A stretch of DNA of 64,000 bases from Eledone cirrhosa (GCA_964016885.1 OZ024740.1:262260001-262324000), one strand, 5' to 3'. Counted from the first letter of the stretch, positions 43,490 to 60,527 are shown. Program-made: numbers and translations. The notes: generated by a model from the sequence alone, not told the origin.

Positions 43490-44045
43490 TGGCTCACAAT
43501 GTAGCCGAGTGTAAACTCCTGGTCCAGACTCATTATAAAGGAAAAGTGATCCTCTGGCCTTTGTGAAAATTGAACGATTTATCCCCACCCTAAGAGGTGA
43601 AATGAACATAAGCCAGAATCGGTGATGGAAAACGACCGGATGATGGTGTTATGGCGTTTCAGAATACAAACTGATAAAAAATTAGCGCATAATAGACCTG
43701 ACTTGCTGGTTTTCGACGAAGAATAAAGATCATGCTTGATTAACTATGCATCTTGCCCCTTCGACACAAGAGTACAGGAAAAGGAATGGGAAAGAAGTAA
43801 TCGGTACCATGACCTGAATTGGTAACTGAAAACGATTTGGAACTGTCATGAGATCAAGATCGGCCCCATCGTTATGGAAGCACTGGGTACTATCTCGAAG
43901 AGTTTCCAAGGCTGGCTAAAGACCACTGTTTGTTTTGGAATACTGCAAAAGTCATGCCTACTGGGAAGGGCAAGGAACCCCTGAGGCTGGGGTAGCAGCT
44001 TCATATTCATTAGGGCAATTACTCCGGTTGAATAACAACAATGGT
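42635..44045 (+). mobile_element. 3' part of an R4/Dong-like retrotransposon (RT end, CCHC knuckle, restriction-like endonuclease)
   Basis: RYLGALE, SAINSLAV, LYLGKAEGGRGL, CRICGE...AHNVAEC, NRPDLLV, PIVMEALGTI, LQKSCLLG; many stops and frameshifts. Confidence 0.88.
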
Positions 44046-44067
44046 GGAGACAGCAAGTAAAAGATAA

Positions 44068-44441
44068 TAATGGTTTCTTATATAGACACAAGGCCAGCAA
44101 TTTTGGGGGAGGAGAAAATCGATTAAATCAACCCCAGTGCGTTACTGGTACTTTATTTCATCGACCCCGTAAGGATGAAAGACAATGTTAGCCTCGGCGT
44201 AATTTTAATTCAGAACGTCAAGGGCCATAACTCTATGCTGCAAAGCAAGCTGTCTGATGCTCTACCGATACTGCCCATACATTTTATACCAATAATAATA
44301 ATGAAAATAATAGTTATAGTAATAATTGTTTCTACGTTAGGCACAAGGCCAGCAATTACCCAGCGTATTACTGGTACTTTATTTTATCGACCTCGTAAGG
44401 ATGAAAGGCAAAGTTAACTTCGGCGGGATTTGAACTCAGAA
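44068..44441 (-). mobile_element. Two SINE family A copies (44068-44277 and partial 44321-44441)
   Basis: Reverse-complement matches to family consensus. Confidence 0.85.
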
Positions 44442-44649
44442 TAGTTATAATAATAATAATTGAAAAAAATACATATATAAAAATGTATTAATAATAATTT
44501 CTAACAACTATAAAAATAATACAATCTTAATGTTAATGATGTTAATAGGAAGAAATAATTGAAATTCCAATTCTAATTCTTAACAAAAATATTAACGAAA
44601 ACATAATTGTATGTTATAATATAATTACATCCTCATTTAACTCGCATCA

Positions 44650-47600
44650 TAACCACAACTACCATCAACAACAACACCATACCATACCACCACCGTCACT
44701 ACCACAATAACCACCACTACCATCAACAACAACACCATACCATACCACCACCATCACTACCACAATAACCGCCACTACCATCAACAACAGTACCATACCA
44801 TACCACCATCACTATCACAATAACCACCACTACCATCAACAAAAGCACCATACCATACCACCACCATCACTACCACAATAACCACCACTACCATCAACAA
44901 CAGCACCATACCATACCACCACCATCACTACCACAATAACCACCACTACCATCAACAACAACACCATACCATACCATCACCATCACTACCACAATAACCA
45001 CCACTACCATCAACAACAGCAACATACCACCACCATCACTACCACAATAACCACCACTACCATCAACAACAACACCATACCATACCACCACCATCACTAC
45101 CACAATAACCAACACTAGCATCAACAACAACACCATACCATACCACCACCATCACTACCACAATAACCACCACTACCATCAACAACAGCACCATACCATA
45201 CCACCATCACTATCACAATAACCACCACTACAATCAACAACAGCACCATACCATACCACCATCACTACCACAATAACCACCACTACCATCAACAACAACA
45301 CCATACCATACCACCACCATCACTACCACAATAACCACTACTACCGTCAAGAACAGCACCATACCATACCACCATCACTACCACAACAACCACCACTACC
45401 ATCAAAAACAACACCATACCATACCACCACCATCACTATCACAATAACCACCACTACCATCAACAACAGCACCATACCATACAACCATCACTACCACAAT
45501 AACCACCACTACCATCAACAACAACATCATACCATACCACCACCATCACTACCACAATAACCACCACTACCATCAACAACAGCACCATACCACCATCACT
45601 ACCACAATAACCACCACTACCATCAACAACAGCACCATACCACCATCACTATCACAATAACCACGACTACCATCAACAACAGCACCATACCATACCACCA
45701 TAACTATCACAATAACCACGACTACCATCAAAAACACCAAACCATACCATACCACCACCATCACTACCACAATAACCACCACTACCATCAACAACAGCAC
45801 CATACCATACCACCATCACTACCACAATAACCACCACTACCATCAACAACAGCACCATACCATACCACCATCACTATCACAATAACCACGACTACCATCA
45901 ACAACAGCACCATACCATACCACCATAACTATCACAATAACCACGACATCAACAACACCAAACCATACCATACCACCACCATCACTACCACAATAACCAC
46001 CACTACCATCAACAACAGCACCATACCATACCACCATCACTATCACAATAACCACCACTACCATCAACAACAGCACCATACTATACCACCACCATCACTA
46101 CCAGAATAACCACCACTACCATCAACAACAGCACCATACCATACCACCATCACTATCACAATAACCACCACTATCATCAACAACAACACCATACCATACC
46201 ACCATCACTAACACAATAACCACCACTACCATCAACAACAACACCATACCATACCACCATCACTATCACGATAACCACCACTACCATCAACAACAACACC
46301 ATACCATACCACCATCACTACCACAATACCCACCACTACCATCAACAACAACACCATACCATACCACCATCAATACCACAATAACCACCACTACCATCAA
46401 CAACAGCACCATACCATGCCACCACCATCACTACCACAATAAACACAACTACCATCAACAACAGCACCATACCATACCACCACCATCACTACCACAATAA
46501 CCACCACTACCATCGACAACAGCACCATACCATACCACCATCATCACTACCACCATAACCACCATTACCATCAACAACAGCACTATACCAACCACCACCA
46601 TCACCACCACCATCACTACCACAATAAACACCACTACCATCAACAACACCATACGATACCACCACTATCACTACCACAATAACCACCACTACCATCAACA
46701 ACAGCACCGTACTATACCACAACCATCACTACCACAATAACCAACAACAGCACTATACCAACCACCACCATCACCACCACCATCACTTCCACAATAACCA
46801 CCACTACCATCAACAACACCATACCATTCCACCAGCATCACTACCACAATAACCACCAATATAATCGACAACAGCACATACCATACCACCACCATCACCA
46901 CCACCATCACTACCAAAATAACCACCACTACCATCAACAACAGCACCGTACAATACCACCACCATCACTAACACAATAACTACCACAACCATCAACGACA
47001 GCACCGTACCATACCACCACCATCACTACCACAATAACCACCACTACCATCAACAACAGCACCATACCACCACCATCACTACCACAATAACCACAACTAC
47101 CATCAACAACAGCACCATACCATACCACCACCATCACTACCACAATAACCACCACTACCATCAACAAGAGCACCATACTGTATCACCACCATCACTACCA
47201 CAATAACCACTACTACCATCAACAAGAGCACCATACCACCACCATCACTACCACAATAACCATCACTAACATCAACAACAGCACCATACCACCACCATCA
47301 CTACCACAATAACCACCACTACCATCAACAACAGCACCATACCATACCACCACCATCACTACCACAATAACCACCACAACCATCAACAACAGCACATACC
47401 ATACCACCACCATCACTACCACACAAACCACCACTACCATCAACAACAGCACCATACCACCATCATCACTACCACAATAACCACCACTACAATCAACAAC
47501 AGCACCATACCATACCACCACCATCACTACCGCAATAACCACCACTACCATCAACTACAGCACCGTACTATACCATCACCATCACTACCACAATAACCAC

Positions 47601-50600
47601 CACTACCATCAACAACAGCACTATACCATACCACCACCATCACCACCAACATCACTACCACAATAACCACCACTACCATCAACAACACCATTCCATACCA
47701 CCACCATCACTACCACAATAACCACCACTATAATCAACAACAGCACATACCATACCACCACCATCAACACCACCATCACTACCAAAATAACCACCACAAC
47801 CATCAACAACAGCACCGTACCATACCACCAACATCACTACCACAATAACCACCACAACCATCAACAACAGCACCGTACCATACCACCACCATCACCACCA
47901 CCATCACTACCAAAATAACTACCACTACCATCAACAACAGCACCGTACCATACCACCACCATCACTACCACAATAACCACCACAACCATCAACAACAGCA
48001 CCGTACCATACCTCCACCATCACCACCACCATCACTACCAAAATAACTACCACTACCATCAACAACAGCACCGTACCATACCACCACCATCGCTACCACA
48101 ATAACCACCACAACCATCAACAACAGCACCGTACCATACCACCACCATCACCACCACAATAACCACCACAACCATCAACAACAGCACCGTACCATACCAC
48201 CACCATCACCACCACCATAACCACCACAACCATCAACAACAGCTCCGTACCATACCACCACCATCACCACCACCATCACTACCATAATAACCACCACTAC
48301 CATCAACAGCACCATACCATACCACCACCATCACTACCACAATAAACACCACTACCATCAACAACAGCACAGTACTAAACCACCACTATCACTACCACAA
48401 AAACCACCACTATTATCAACAACAGCACATACCATACCATCACCATCACCACCACCATCACAACCAAAATAACCACCACTACCATCAACAACAGCACCGT
48501 ACCATACCACCACCATCACTACCACAATAACCACCACAACCATCAACAACAGCACCGTACCATACCACCACCACCATCACTACCACAATAACCACCACTA
48601 CCATCAACAACAGCACCGTACCATACCACCACCATCAACACCACCATAACCACCACAACCATCAACAACAACACCGTACCATACCACCACCATCACCACC
48701 ACCATAACCACCAAAACCATCAACAACAGCACCGTACCATACCACCACCATCACCACCACCATCACTACCACAATAACCACCACTACCATCAACAACACC
48801 ATACCATACCACCACCATCACTACCACAATAACCATCACAACCATCAACAACAGCACCGTACCGTACCACCACCATCACTACCACAATAACCACCACAAC
48901 CATCAACAACAGCACATACCATACCACCACCATCACTACCACAATAACCACCACTACCATCAACAACAGCAACATACCACCACCATCACTACCACAATAA
49001 CCACCACTACCATCAACAACAACACCATACCATACCACCACCATCACTACCACAATAACCAACACTAGCATCAACAACAGCACCATACCATACCACCATC
49101 ATCACTACCACAATAACCACCACTACCATCAACAACAGCACCATACCATACCACCATCACTATCACAATAACCACCACTACAATCAACAACAGCACCATA
49201 ACATACCACCATCACTACCACAATAACCACCACTACCATCAACAACAACACCATACCATACCACCACCATCATTACCACAATAACCACTACTACCGTCAA
49301 CAACAGCACCATACCATACCACCATCACTACCACAACAACCACCACTACCATCAAAAACAACACCATACCATACCACCACCATCACTATCACAATAACCA
49401 CCACTACCATCAACAACAGCACCATACCATACCACCATCACTACCACAATAACCACCACTACCATCAACAACAACATCATACCATACCACCACCATCACT
49501 ACCACAATAACCACCACTACCATCAACAACAGCACCATACCACCATCACTACCACAATAACCACCACTACCATCAACAACAGCACCATACCACCATCACT
49601 ATCACAATAACCACGACTACCATCAACAACAGCACCATACCATACCACCATAACTATCACAATAACCACGACTACCATCAACAACACCAAACCATACCAT
49701 ACCACCACCATCACTACCACAATAACCACCACTACCATCAACAACAGCACCATACCATACCACCATCACTACCACAATAACCACCACTACCATCAACAAC
49801 AGCACCATACCATACCACCATCACTATCACAATAACCACGACTACCATCAATAACAGCACCATACCATACCACCATAACTATCACAATAACCACGACATC
49901 AACAACACCAAACCATACCATACCACCACCATCACTACCACAATAACCACCACTACCATCAACAACAGCACCATACCATACCACCATCACTATCACAATA
50001 ACCACCACTACCATCAACAACAGCACCATACTATACCACCACCATCACTACCAGAATAACCACCACTACCATCAACAACAGCACCATACCATACCACCAT
50101 CACTATCACAATAACCACCACTATCATCAACAACAACACCATACCATACCACCATCACTAACACAATAACCACCACTACCATCAACAACAACACCATACC
50201 ATACCACCATCACTATCACGATAACCACCACTACCATCAACAACAACACCATACCATACCACCATCACTACCACAATACCCACCACTACCATCAACAACA
50301 ACACCATACCATACCACCATCACTACCACAATAACCACCACTACCATCGACAACAGCACCATACCATATCACCATCATCACTACCACAATAACCACCATT
50401 ACCATCAACAACAGCACTATACCAACCACCACCATCACCACCACCATCACTACCACAATAAACACCACTACCATCAACAACACCATACGATACCACCACT
50501 ATCACTACCACAATAACCACCACTACCATCAACAACAGCACCGTACTATAACACAACCATCACTACCACAATAACCAACAACAGCACTATACCAACCACC

Positions 50601-53600
50601 ACCATCACTACCACAATAACCACCACTACCATCAACAACACCATACCATTCCACCAGCATCACTACCACAATAACCACCAATATAATCGACAACAGCACA
50701 TACCATACCACCACCATCACCACCACCATCACTACCAAAATAACCACCACTACCATCAACAACAGCACCGTACAATACCACCACCATCACTAACACAATA
50801 ACTACCACAACGACAGCACCGTACCATACCACCACCATCACTACCACAATAACCACCACTACCATCAACAACAGCACCATACTACCATCAACAACAGCAC
50901 CATACCATACCACCACCATCACTACCACAATAACCACCACTACCATCAACAAGAGCACCATACTGTATCACCACCATCACTACCACAATAACCACCACTA
51001 CCATCAACAAGAGCACCATACCACCACCATCACTACCACAATAACCATCACTAACATCAACAACAGCACCATACCACCACCATCACTACCACAATAACCA
51101 CCACTACCATCAACAACAGCACCATACCATACCACCACCATCACTACCACAATAACCACCACAACCATCAACAACAGCACATACCATACCACCACCATCA
51201 CTACCACACAAACCACCACTACCATCAACAACAGCACCATACCACCATCATCACTACCACAATAACCACCACTACAATCAACAACAGCACCATACCATAC
51301 CACCACCATCACTACCGCAATAACCACCACTACCATCAACTACAGCACCGTACTATACCATCACCATCACTACCACAATAACCACCACTACCATCAACAA
51401 CAGCACTATACCATACCACCACCATCACCACCAACATCACTACCACAATAACCACCACTACCATCAACAACACCATTCCATACCACCACCATCACTACCA
51501 CAATAACCACCACTATAATCAACAACAGCACATACCATACCACCACCATCAACACCACCATCACTACCAAAATAACCACCACAACCATCAACAACAGCAC
51601 CGTACCATACCACCACCATCACTACCACAATAACCACCACAACCATCAACAACAGCACCGTACCATACCACCACCATCACCACCACCATCACTACCAAAA
51701 TAACAACCACTACCATCAGCAACAGCACCGTACCATACCACCACCATCACTACCACAATAACCACCACAACCATCAACAACAGCACCGTACCATACCACC
51801 ACCATCACTACCACAATAACCACCACAACCATCAACAACAGCACCGTACCATACCACCACCATCACCACCACCATCACTACCAAAATAACTACCACTACC
51901 ATCAACAACAGCACCGTACCATACCACCACCATCACTACCACAATAACCACCACAACCATCAACAACAGCACCGTACCATACCTCCACCATCACCACCAC
52001 CATCACTACCAAAATAACTACCACTACCATCAACAACAGCACCGTACCATACCACCACCATCGCTACCACAATAACCACCACAACCATCAACAACAGCAC
52101 CGTACCATACCACCACCATCACCACCACCATAACCACCACAACCATCAACAACAGCTCCGTACCATACCACCACCATCACCACCACCATCACTACCACAA
52201 TAACCACCACTACCATCAACAGCACCATACCATACCACCACCATCACTACCACAATAACCACCACTACCATCAACAACAGCACCGTACTAAACCACCACT
52301 ATCACTACCACAAAAACCACCACTATAATCAACAACAGCACATACCATACCATCACCATCACCACCACCATCACAACCAAAATAACCACCACTACCATCA
52401 ACAACAGCACCGTACCATACCACCACCATCACTACCACAATAACCACCACAACCATCAACAACAGCACCGTACCATACCACCACCACCATCACTACCACA
52501 ATAACCACCACTACCATCAACAACAGCACCGTACCATACCACCACCATCAACACCACCATAACCACCACAACCATCAACAACAACACCGTACCATACCAC
52601 CACCATCACCACCACCATAACCACCAAAACCATCAACAACAGCACCGTACCATACCACCACCATCACCACCACCATCACTACCACAATAACCACCACTAC
52701 CATCAACAACACCATACCATACCACCACCATCACTACCACAATAACCATCACAACCATCAACAACAGCACCGTACCGTACCACCACCATCACTACCACAA
52801 TAACCACCACAACCATCAACAACAGCACATACCATACCACCACCATCACTACCACAATAACCACCACTACCATCAACAACAGCACCATACCATACCACCA
52901 CCACCATCACTACCACAATAACCACCACTACCATCAACAACAGCACCATACCATACCACCACCATCACTACCACAATAACCACCACAACCATCAACAACA
53001 GCACATACCATCACCACCACCATCACTACCACAATAACCACCACTACCATCAACAACAGCACCATGCCATACCACTACCATCATCACTACCACAATAACC
53101 ACCACTACCATCAACAACAGCACTATACCATACCACCACCATCACTACCACAATAACCACCACAACCATCAACAACACCATACCATACCACCACTATCAC
53201 TACCACAATAACCACCACTACCATCAACAACAGCACCGTACTATACCACCACCATCACTACCACAATAACGACCACTACCATCAACAACAGCACCATACC
53301 ATACCACCACCATCACTACCACAATAACCACCACTATAATCAACAACAGCACTATACCATACCGCCAACATCACCACCACCATCACTACCACAATAACCA
53401 CCACTACCATCAACAACACCATTCCATACGACCACTATCACTACCACAATAACCACCACTACCATCAACAACAGCACCGTACTATACCACCACCATCACT
53501 ACCACAATATCCACCACTACCATCAACAACAGCACCATACCATACCACCACCATCACTACCACAATAACCACCACTATAATCAACAACAGCACTATACCA

Positions 53601-54260
53601 TACCACCACCATCACCACCACCATCACTACCACAATAACCACCACTACCCTCAACAACACCATACCATACCACCACCATCACTACCACAATAACCACCAC
53701 TATAATCAACAACAGCACATTCCATACCACAACCATCACCACCACCATCACTACCACAATAACCACCACTACCATCAACAACACCATACCATACCACCAC
53801 CATCACTACCACAATAACCACCACTATAATCAACAACAGCACTATACCATACCACCATCACTACCACCATCACTACCCCAATAACCACCACTACCATCAA
53901 CAACACCATACCATACCACCACCATCACTACCAAAATAACCACCACTACCATCAACAACAGCACCGTACTATACCACCACCATCACTACCACAATAACCA
54001 CCACTACCATCAACAACAGCACCATACCACCACCACCACTACCACAATAACCACCACTATAATCAACAAAAACACCGTACCATACCACCACCATCACTAC
54101 CACTACCACTACCATCACTAGCACAATAACCCAATAACCACCACTACCATCAACAACAGCACCGTACCATACCACCATTACTACCACAATGACCACCACT
54201 ACCAGCAACATTAACACTGTACCATACCACTATCATCACTACTACAATGGCTACCACAGC
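44650..54260. repeat. ~9.6 kb minisatellite/satellite, 55-58 bp unit built from ACC-like triplets
   Basis: Unit accaccaccatcactaccacaataaccaccactaccatcaacaacagcaccataccat; C/A-rich plus strand. Confidence 0.98.
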
Positions 54261-54284
54261 CATCACCATCATAAGTACTACCAT

Positions 54285-54703
54285 TGGATTGGCAGTAACG
54301 GTAGAGCGTCAGACAGCACGCTTTGCAGCATTGAATTTTGGCCCTTTACCTTCTGAGTTCAACTCCCGCCGAGGTTGTCCTTGTGCTTCATCCCCATAGG
54401 GTCATTAAAATAAAGCACCAGTAATGCACTGGCATAATTGCTGGCCTTGTGCCAAAAAGTAGAAACAATTATAATTACCCCTACCATTACCATTACTATC
54501 ACCAATATCATCATCATAATTATTTCTACTTTAGGCACAGGGCGAGCAATTAACCAGTTCATTACTGGTACTTTATTTTATCGACCCCGTAAGGATGAAA
54601 GGCAAAGTCAACCTCGGCGGGATTTGAACTCAGATCGTTAAGGGACGTAACTATGCTGGAAAGCATGGCGTCCGACCCTCTACCGATACTGCCAATCCAC
54701 CGC
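54285..54703. mobile_element. Tail-to-tail SINE family A pair (54285-54472 +, 54517-54703 -)
   Basis: Two near-full copies in opposite orientation about 45 bp apart. Confidence 0.9.
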
Positions 54704-54946
54704 TTTTTATTTCGTTATTCCTTTATTCATTGGGTGAATACATGTTTTCATTTAAGTTCTGCAAATAGCAAACATTTCATTAAATGAGTAAACAAATTAT
54801 TTTCTCCTGGCGAGGACTTTAAGGCGTGAAATATAACAATACACACACATGCACACACACACAAATACACACACAATCACTCACACAAACACATCTATAC
54901 ACACTCATATATATCCATGTGTAATACACGCACGCGCGCACACAAT

Positions 54947-54977
<31 letters not shown>

Positions 54978-55088
54978 ACACACACACACACACACATATT
55001 TGTAATTTGATATATATATATATATATATATATCAAATTACAAAATATGAAAAATAATGCACAAAAATATACCTATTTTTTCTTCAAA

Positions 55089-55189
55089 GTCCTGACTGCT
55101 GTTCCGCGTATCCGTGTGTAATAATTTCTGCTGTAAAAATGCATCATCACTGTGCATCACTGTGAGATTGATACGGATTATCAAGAGAC
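55089..55189 (-). ncRNA. Degenerate hammerhead ribozyme with U3-A8 core, within a ~120-150 bp direct repeat (second copy ~55518-55640)
   Basis: Minus strand: gtctc-TTGATAA-tc-cgtatc...gatacg-c-GGAA-cagcag-TC-aggac; the second copy keeps GAAA-CTGCAG-TC but lacks the 5' core. Confidence 0.55.
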
Positions 55190-55700
55190 CCCCCCCCCCC
55201 CGAAAAAAGGACTGCTTCTTTCGTAGTAAGTGTGAGTTTTTCGAGAGGCGGAGGGAGAAATTAACACATGATACAGTGATCACAGAAGGGTAGTAAGGTG
55301 GACAGTGAGCGAATAACGTATTTGCTAGAAAAAGCAGTTAGTACACTCCTGGGTTAACTTGACTATAGGGAAGTTTGGGACAATATAATAATGAAATACA
55401 CACACATATTCATATGTATATATGTGTGTGTTGTGTTCGCCTTAATAAGTTTTGCTCGATGACCGAAAGAGATAAAATAATTGAAATAATTTAAATAATT
55501 CAATAATCAGAGCTATTTATCAAATTACAAAATATTAGGAAATAATAGACAAAAATAAACTTTTTCTTCAAAGTTTCGACTGCAGTTTCGCCGATCCGTG
55601 TAGAACAAATTCTGCACTGTAAAAATGCATCATCACTGAAAAAGAACTGTTTCTTGAGGCGTTCGTAGCAAGTAAGAAAATATCTAGGTAGGGATTAGAG

Positions 55701-55802
<102 letters not shown>

Positions 55803-56139
55803 AAATGGGGAGAAGAATATATATATATTTATATATAGTCCTTTTTTAGAACTGTCATGTTATCAATAAAAATACACGCGCCTGTTGGTTTTCAATTCAA
55901 TTTATTATAAATTTCCGGCTGGTTGTTTATATATTGTCAAAGCTCTCTCGTCACACATTCCCTGACCTACTCAGTGACTAGGTTTTTTATTTTGTGTCAC
56001 TCCTTTATTCTGTCCTACACCATCTTGTTTTGTGCGTTGTGTGTTGTGCTTAGTTTGCGCATGCGTTACATCCCTGTGTGTGTTTGTCTTTATTTATTTA
56101 TATGTTTATTTACCTGTCACCAGTTGGTTGTATAAAACA

Positions 56140-56625
56140 ATAAAATAACACCACACAGTCAATACGCATCAATGCTCAACAACAAGCCGACATCAACCAA
56201 AATGAGACCGACCAACAACATACCAATAATGCAATCGCCCCTAGGTGCAATCGCAAAAAGCCAGAGGAATGTCCACTGGTTGGAGAGTGCCTCATCAAGA
56301 ACATTGTATACCAGTGCGATGTCATGGCTGGGCAAAAGGAATACATGTATATAGACGCAACCTCAACAACATTTAAGAAGCGACTGTACAACAACAGAAG
56401 CTCCTTCAACCACAGACCTACGCGTTCCCAAACCAAACTATCCAACTTGATCTGGGACCTCAAGGAATAAAACCTGAAATATCAGATCAAATGGTCCGTA
56501 AGGAGACGTGTGACCCAACATTCAACCGGAGGAAGCCAGTGCAGGTTGTTCCTGGCGGAATTGGCAGAGATCTTTAAATTAAAATCGGCCATTAAAATCA
56601 TCGTAAACTGTAGACACTAAAAAAA
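56140..56625 (+). pseudogene. Penelope-like element Cys-rich linker and GIY-YIG fragment
   Basis: CNRKKPEECPLVGECLIKNIVYQCDV...YIDATSTTFKKRLYNNRSSF...TKLSNLIWDLK...IKWSV...CRLFLAE. Confidence 0.85.
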
Positions 56626-57642
56626 GCATACATTCTCCGCCGTGTTATTCGGACATAAACCACGGACAGACCCAAACCTAACCACCTGAACACATCACTA
56701 GGCACATACACAGCATCTTATTAACTACCACAATTGTTATCATGTCTCATCAACTTTATCATCCCCTCGTTACCAGTTAAATTTATTACCATTGTTATTC
56801 TTGTTAATATTATATTGCTTATCATGATATTAAACTTATCACCATGTATTTATCACTCTAACCCATCTGAACACGCACCGCACACACCAGACACCCACAC
56901 ACACCACAAGCATCCTATTAATTACCATAATTAGTATCATTACTTTCGTTTGTATCACCAATTTTATCATCGTTATTATTACTATTATATTTGTTTCCTA
57001 TTACTATTAACATTTCCACCCTTCTTTACATATTCAACTAAATTTTTACCACCTATTTGTGGCTACGTTTACTCTGTATTTGAGTGTGTGTGTGTATACC
57101 GGTGTATAAGTTAGCCCGTATAGTTAGTGTAGCAACTATTTCTTTTATTCATTCATCACACTCTAGCCACAATCCTTAATCACTTTTTTCTAGTAAAAAA
57201 AAACCCTTTAAGAATATAAATAGTATACATACTAAGCAAACCACCGAAAATGTTAGACCCCCCACCCACCAAAGCTTAATTTGGTGGGTGGGGTCTAACC
57301 TAGATTTAAACTAGCCCATTCCTTAGTACATCACCGCACTCTTTCATCTCCCATCACGTATAGTCCATAACCACCTCCACATCCGCACCCAACACCCTCG
57401 CTTCACTAAATATACGCCATAATTTCTATGAAACAGACAAAATACCACACCCCACAACTCACACCAACCATCACTCCTCACCACCAACTCTTCATTATAA
57501 TCCTTCCCTCCACCTATCATACATACCAAAATATTCCTTCAAGCAAAACCACCAATCAAAACGAACATTAACTGACCACCATGAATGAATGTGAATCGTT
57601 ATATACCTCTCTATGCTCTATATGTTCATTCTGTCATTACCA

Positions 57643-57738
57643 CAGCAGAGGTCTGACGAGCTTTTGATTCCAGATTCGGGCTAGATTGATACAGATCGAA
57701 ACTCGAGCTGAACAATAGCGAAACGCGAATCACTACTG
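57643..57738 (+). ncRNA. Degenerate hammerhead ribozyme downstream of the PLE fragment
   Basis: cagcagaggt-CTGACGA-gct...agc-GAAA-CGCG-A-atcactactg; the UH site is damaged. Confidence 0.5.
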
Positions 57739-57893
57739 AATAAACGCAATGAAGACATAACAAATTGTCCTTTTTATTATTATGATTATTATAATAATTA
57801 CACTCTACTTAGTTCTACACCTCTTTACCGACTGGAAACTACGCATCGAGGGCTCACTGTGGTGAACGTACTGTAACTAGATGTTACATTCCC

Positions 57894-57966
<73 letters not shown>

Positions 57967-57967
<1 letters not shown>

Positions 57968-58296
57968 CGGCACTTACTTAAATGTATGTTCGGTGCGCCT
58001 GGCCGACTGAACTCACTCGATATGCAAATTAGGCTGCTCAGACTTTAATTTTCATGAGGAAAGTATATACTTTCGAACGTTCAACCATCTGGCAGAAGGG
58101 TATACGGTGCTGATGATAGCTAAGAAGCTTGAAACTAGTACATCGTTCCTCTGTCAGTGTTGAACAAAAAGGTGACGTGGTTGCCTTAACACCGTTCGGC
58201 ATAAATTCAGGCTGTTCGTTTGTTTACGAACGGACAAAGCGGGCGTTGAAATAAACGTCCGCTAAACTAATACGTACATATATGTATGTGTACCTG

Positions 58297-58382
<86 letters not shown>

Positions 58383-58440
58383 TGCTACTGTACGTCTGTA
58401 TACATATATGTATGTACGTATACATACATACTTACATTTA
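57967..58440 (+). mobile_element. Second copy of the 470-bp HHR unit, with a short inverted leader
   Basis: Reverse complement of ~37707-38116; the first ~20 bp (acggcacttacttaaatgta) are in the opposite orientation. Confidence 0.8.
58091..58155 (+). ncRNA. Type I hammerhead ribozyme
   Basis: ggcagaagggtat-acggtg-CTGATGA-tagct aaga agctt-GAAA-CTAG-TA-catcgt-tcctctgtc; predicted cut after 58140. Confidence 0.8.
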
Positions 58441-58455
58441 TATATATATATATAT

Positions 58456-58881
58456 ATAAAATATTAAAAAAATAATGAATAAAACAATGAAACAGTTCCT
58501 TATATTAAACAAAAAAAGTTCATTATTTAACGATCGTTTCTAGGATATATATGTGTTAGAATTGGCATGCATATTCAACAGATCTATGTACAAAATTATA
58601 CAAAATTATACAAACTATCAGAATTAAATATACATACCAAACACATATATATGCCGTCTTCAGAAATAAATTTCTGAAGACGGCATATATATGTGTTTGG
58701 TATGTATATTTAATTCTGATAGTTTGTATAATTTTGTATAATTTTGTACATAGATCTGTTGAATATGCATGCCAATTCTAACACATATATATCCTAGAAA
58801 CGATCGTTAAATAATGAACTTTTTTTGTTTAATATAAGGAACTGTTTCATTGTTTTATTCATTATTTTTTAAATATTTTAT
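58456..58881. repeat. Near-perfect ~212 bp fold-back palindrome with 2-nt loop
   Basis: Centre cagaaat-aa-atttctg at 58661-58676. Confidence 0.95.
58670..58812 (+). ncRNA. Hammerhead ribozyme motif with long stem II (mirror copy on the minus strand in the left arm)
   Basis: attt-CTGAAGA-cggcatatatatgtgtt...aacacatatatatccta-GAAA-CGATCG-TT-aaat; base of stem II imperfect. Confidence 0.6.
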
Positions 58882-59012
58882 CTTGACTCTGTATTCCGTT
58901 TATCTTTCACCGAAAGTAATTTTTCATTGCATCTCTTCTTTCCATGATATCCGGATTACATTGAGTTCTTCATACGGATTGGACACTACCGTAAACTCTT
59001 GGTAGATTTATC

Positions 59013-60260
<1,248 letters not shown>

Positions 60261-60316
60261 TGTGAGGTTCTTTTTACAAAATGAAAAATAACCGAGGTGT
60301 CCTACACAAGTGAAAG

Positions 60317-60527
60317 TATAAAGAAAAAGAGATGAAATCGAAAATGCAACTGAAGTCTTATTTTTTTTTTAAATATATAAATTTATATCGTTCCTTTACA
60401 GGTTTCGCAGTTCTTCTGCTTTTCAAAAGCAGAAGCACTGCGAAACCTGTAAAGGAACCAAATATATTTATATATTTAAAAAAGAAATAAGACTTCAGTT
60501 GCATTTTCGATTTCATCTCTTTTTCTT

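Noticed and set aside
44894-54217. Many Val/Gly-rich ORFs resembling membrane or glycine-rich proteins
   Set aside because: Satellite translation; the 55/58-bp units shift frame each repeat, so no continuous ORF exists
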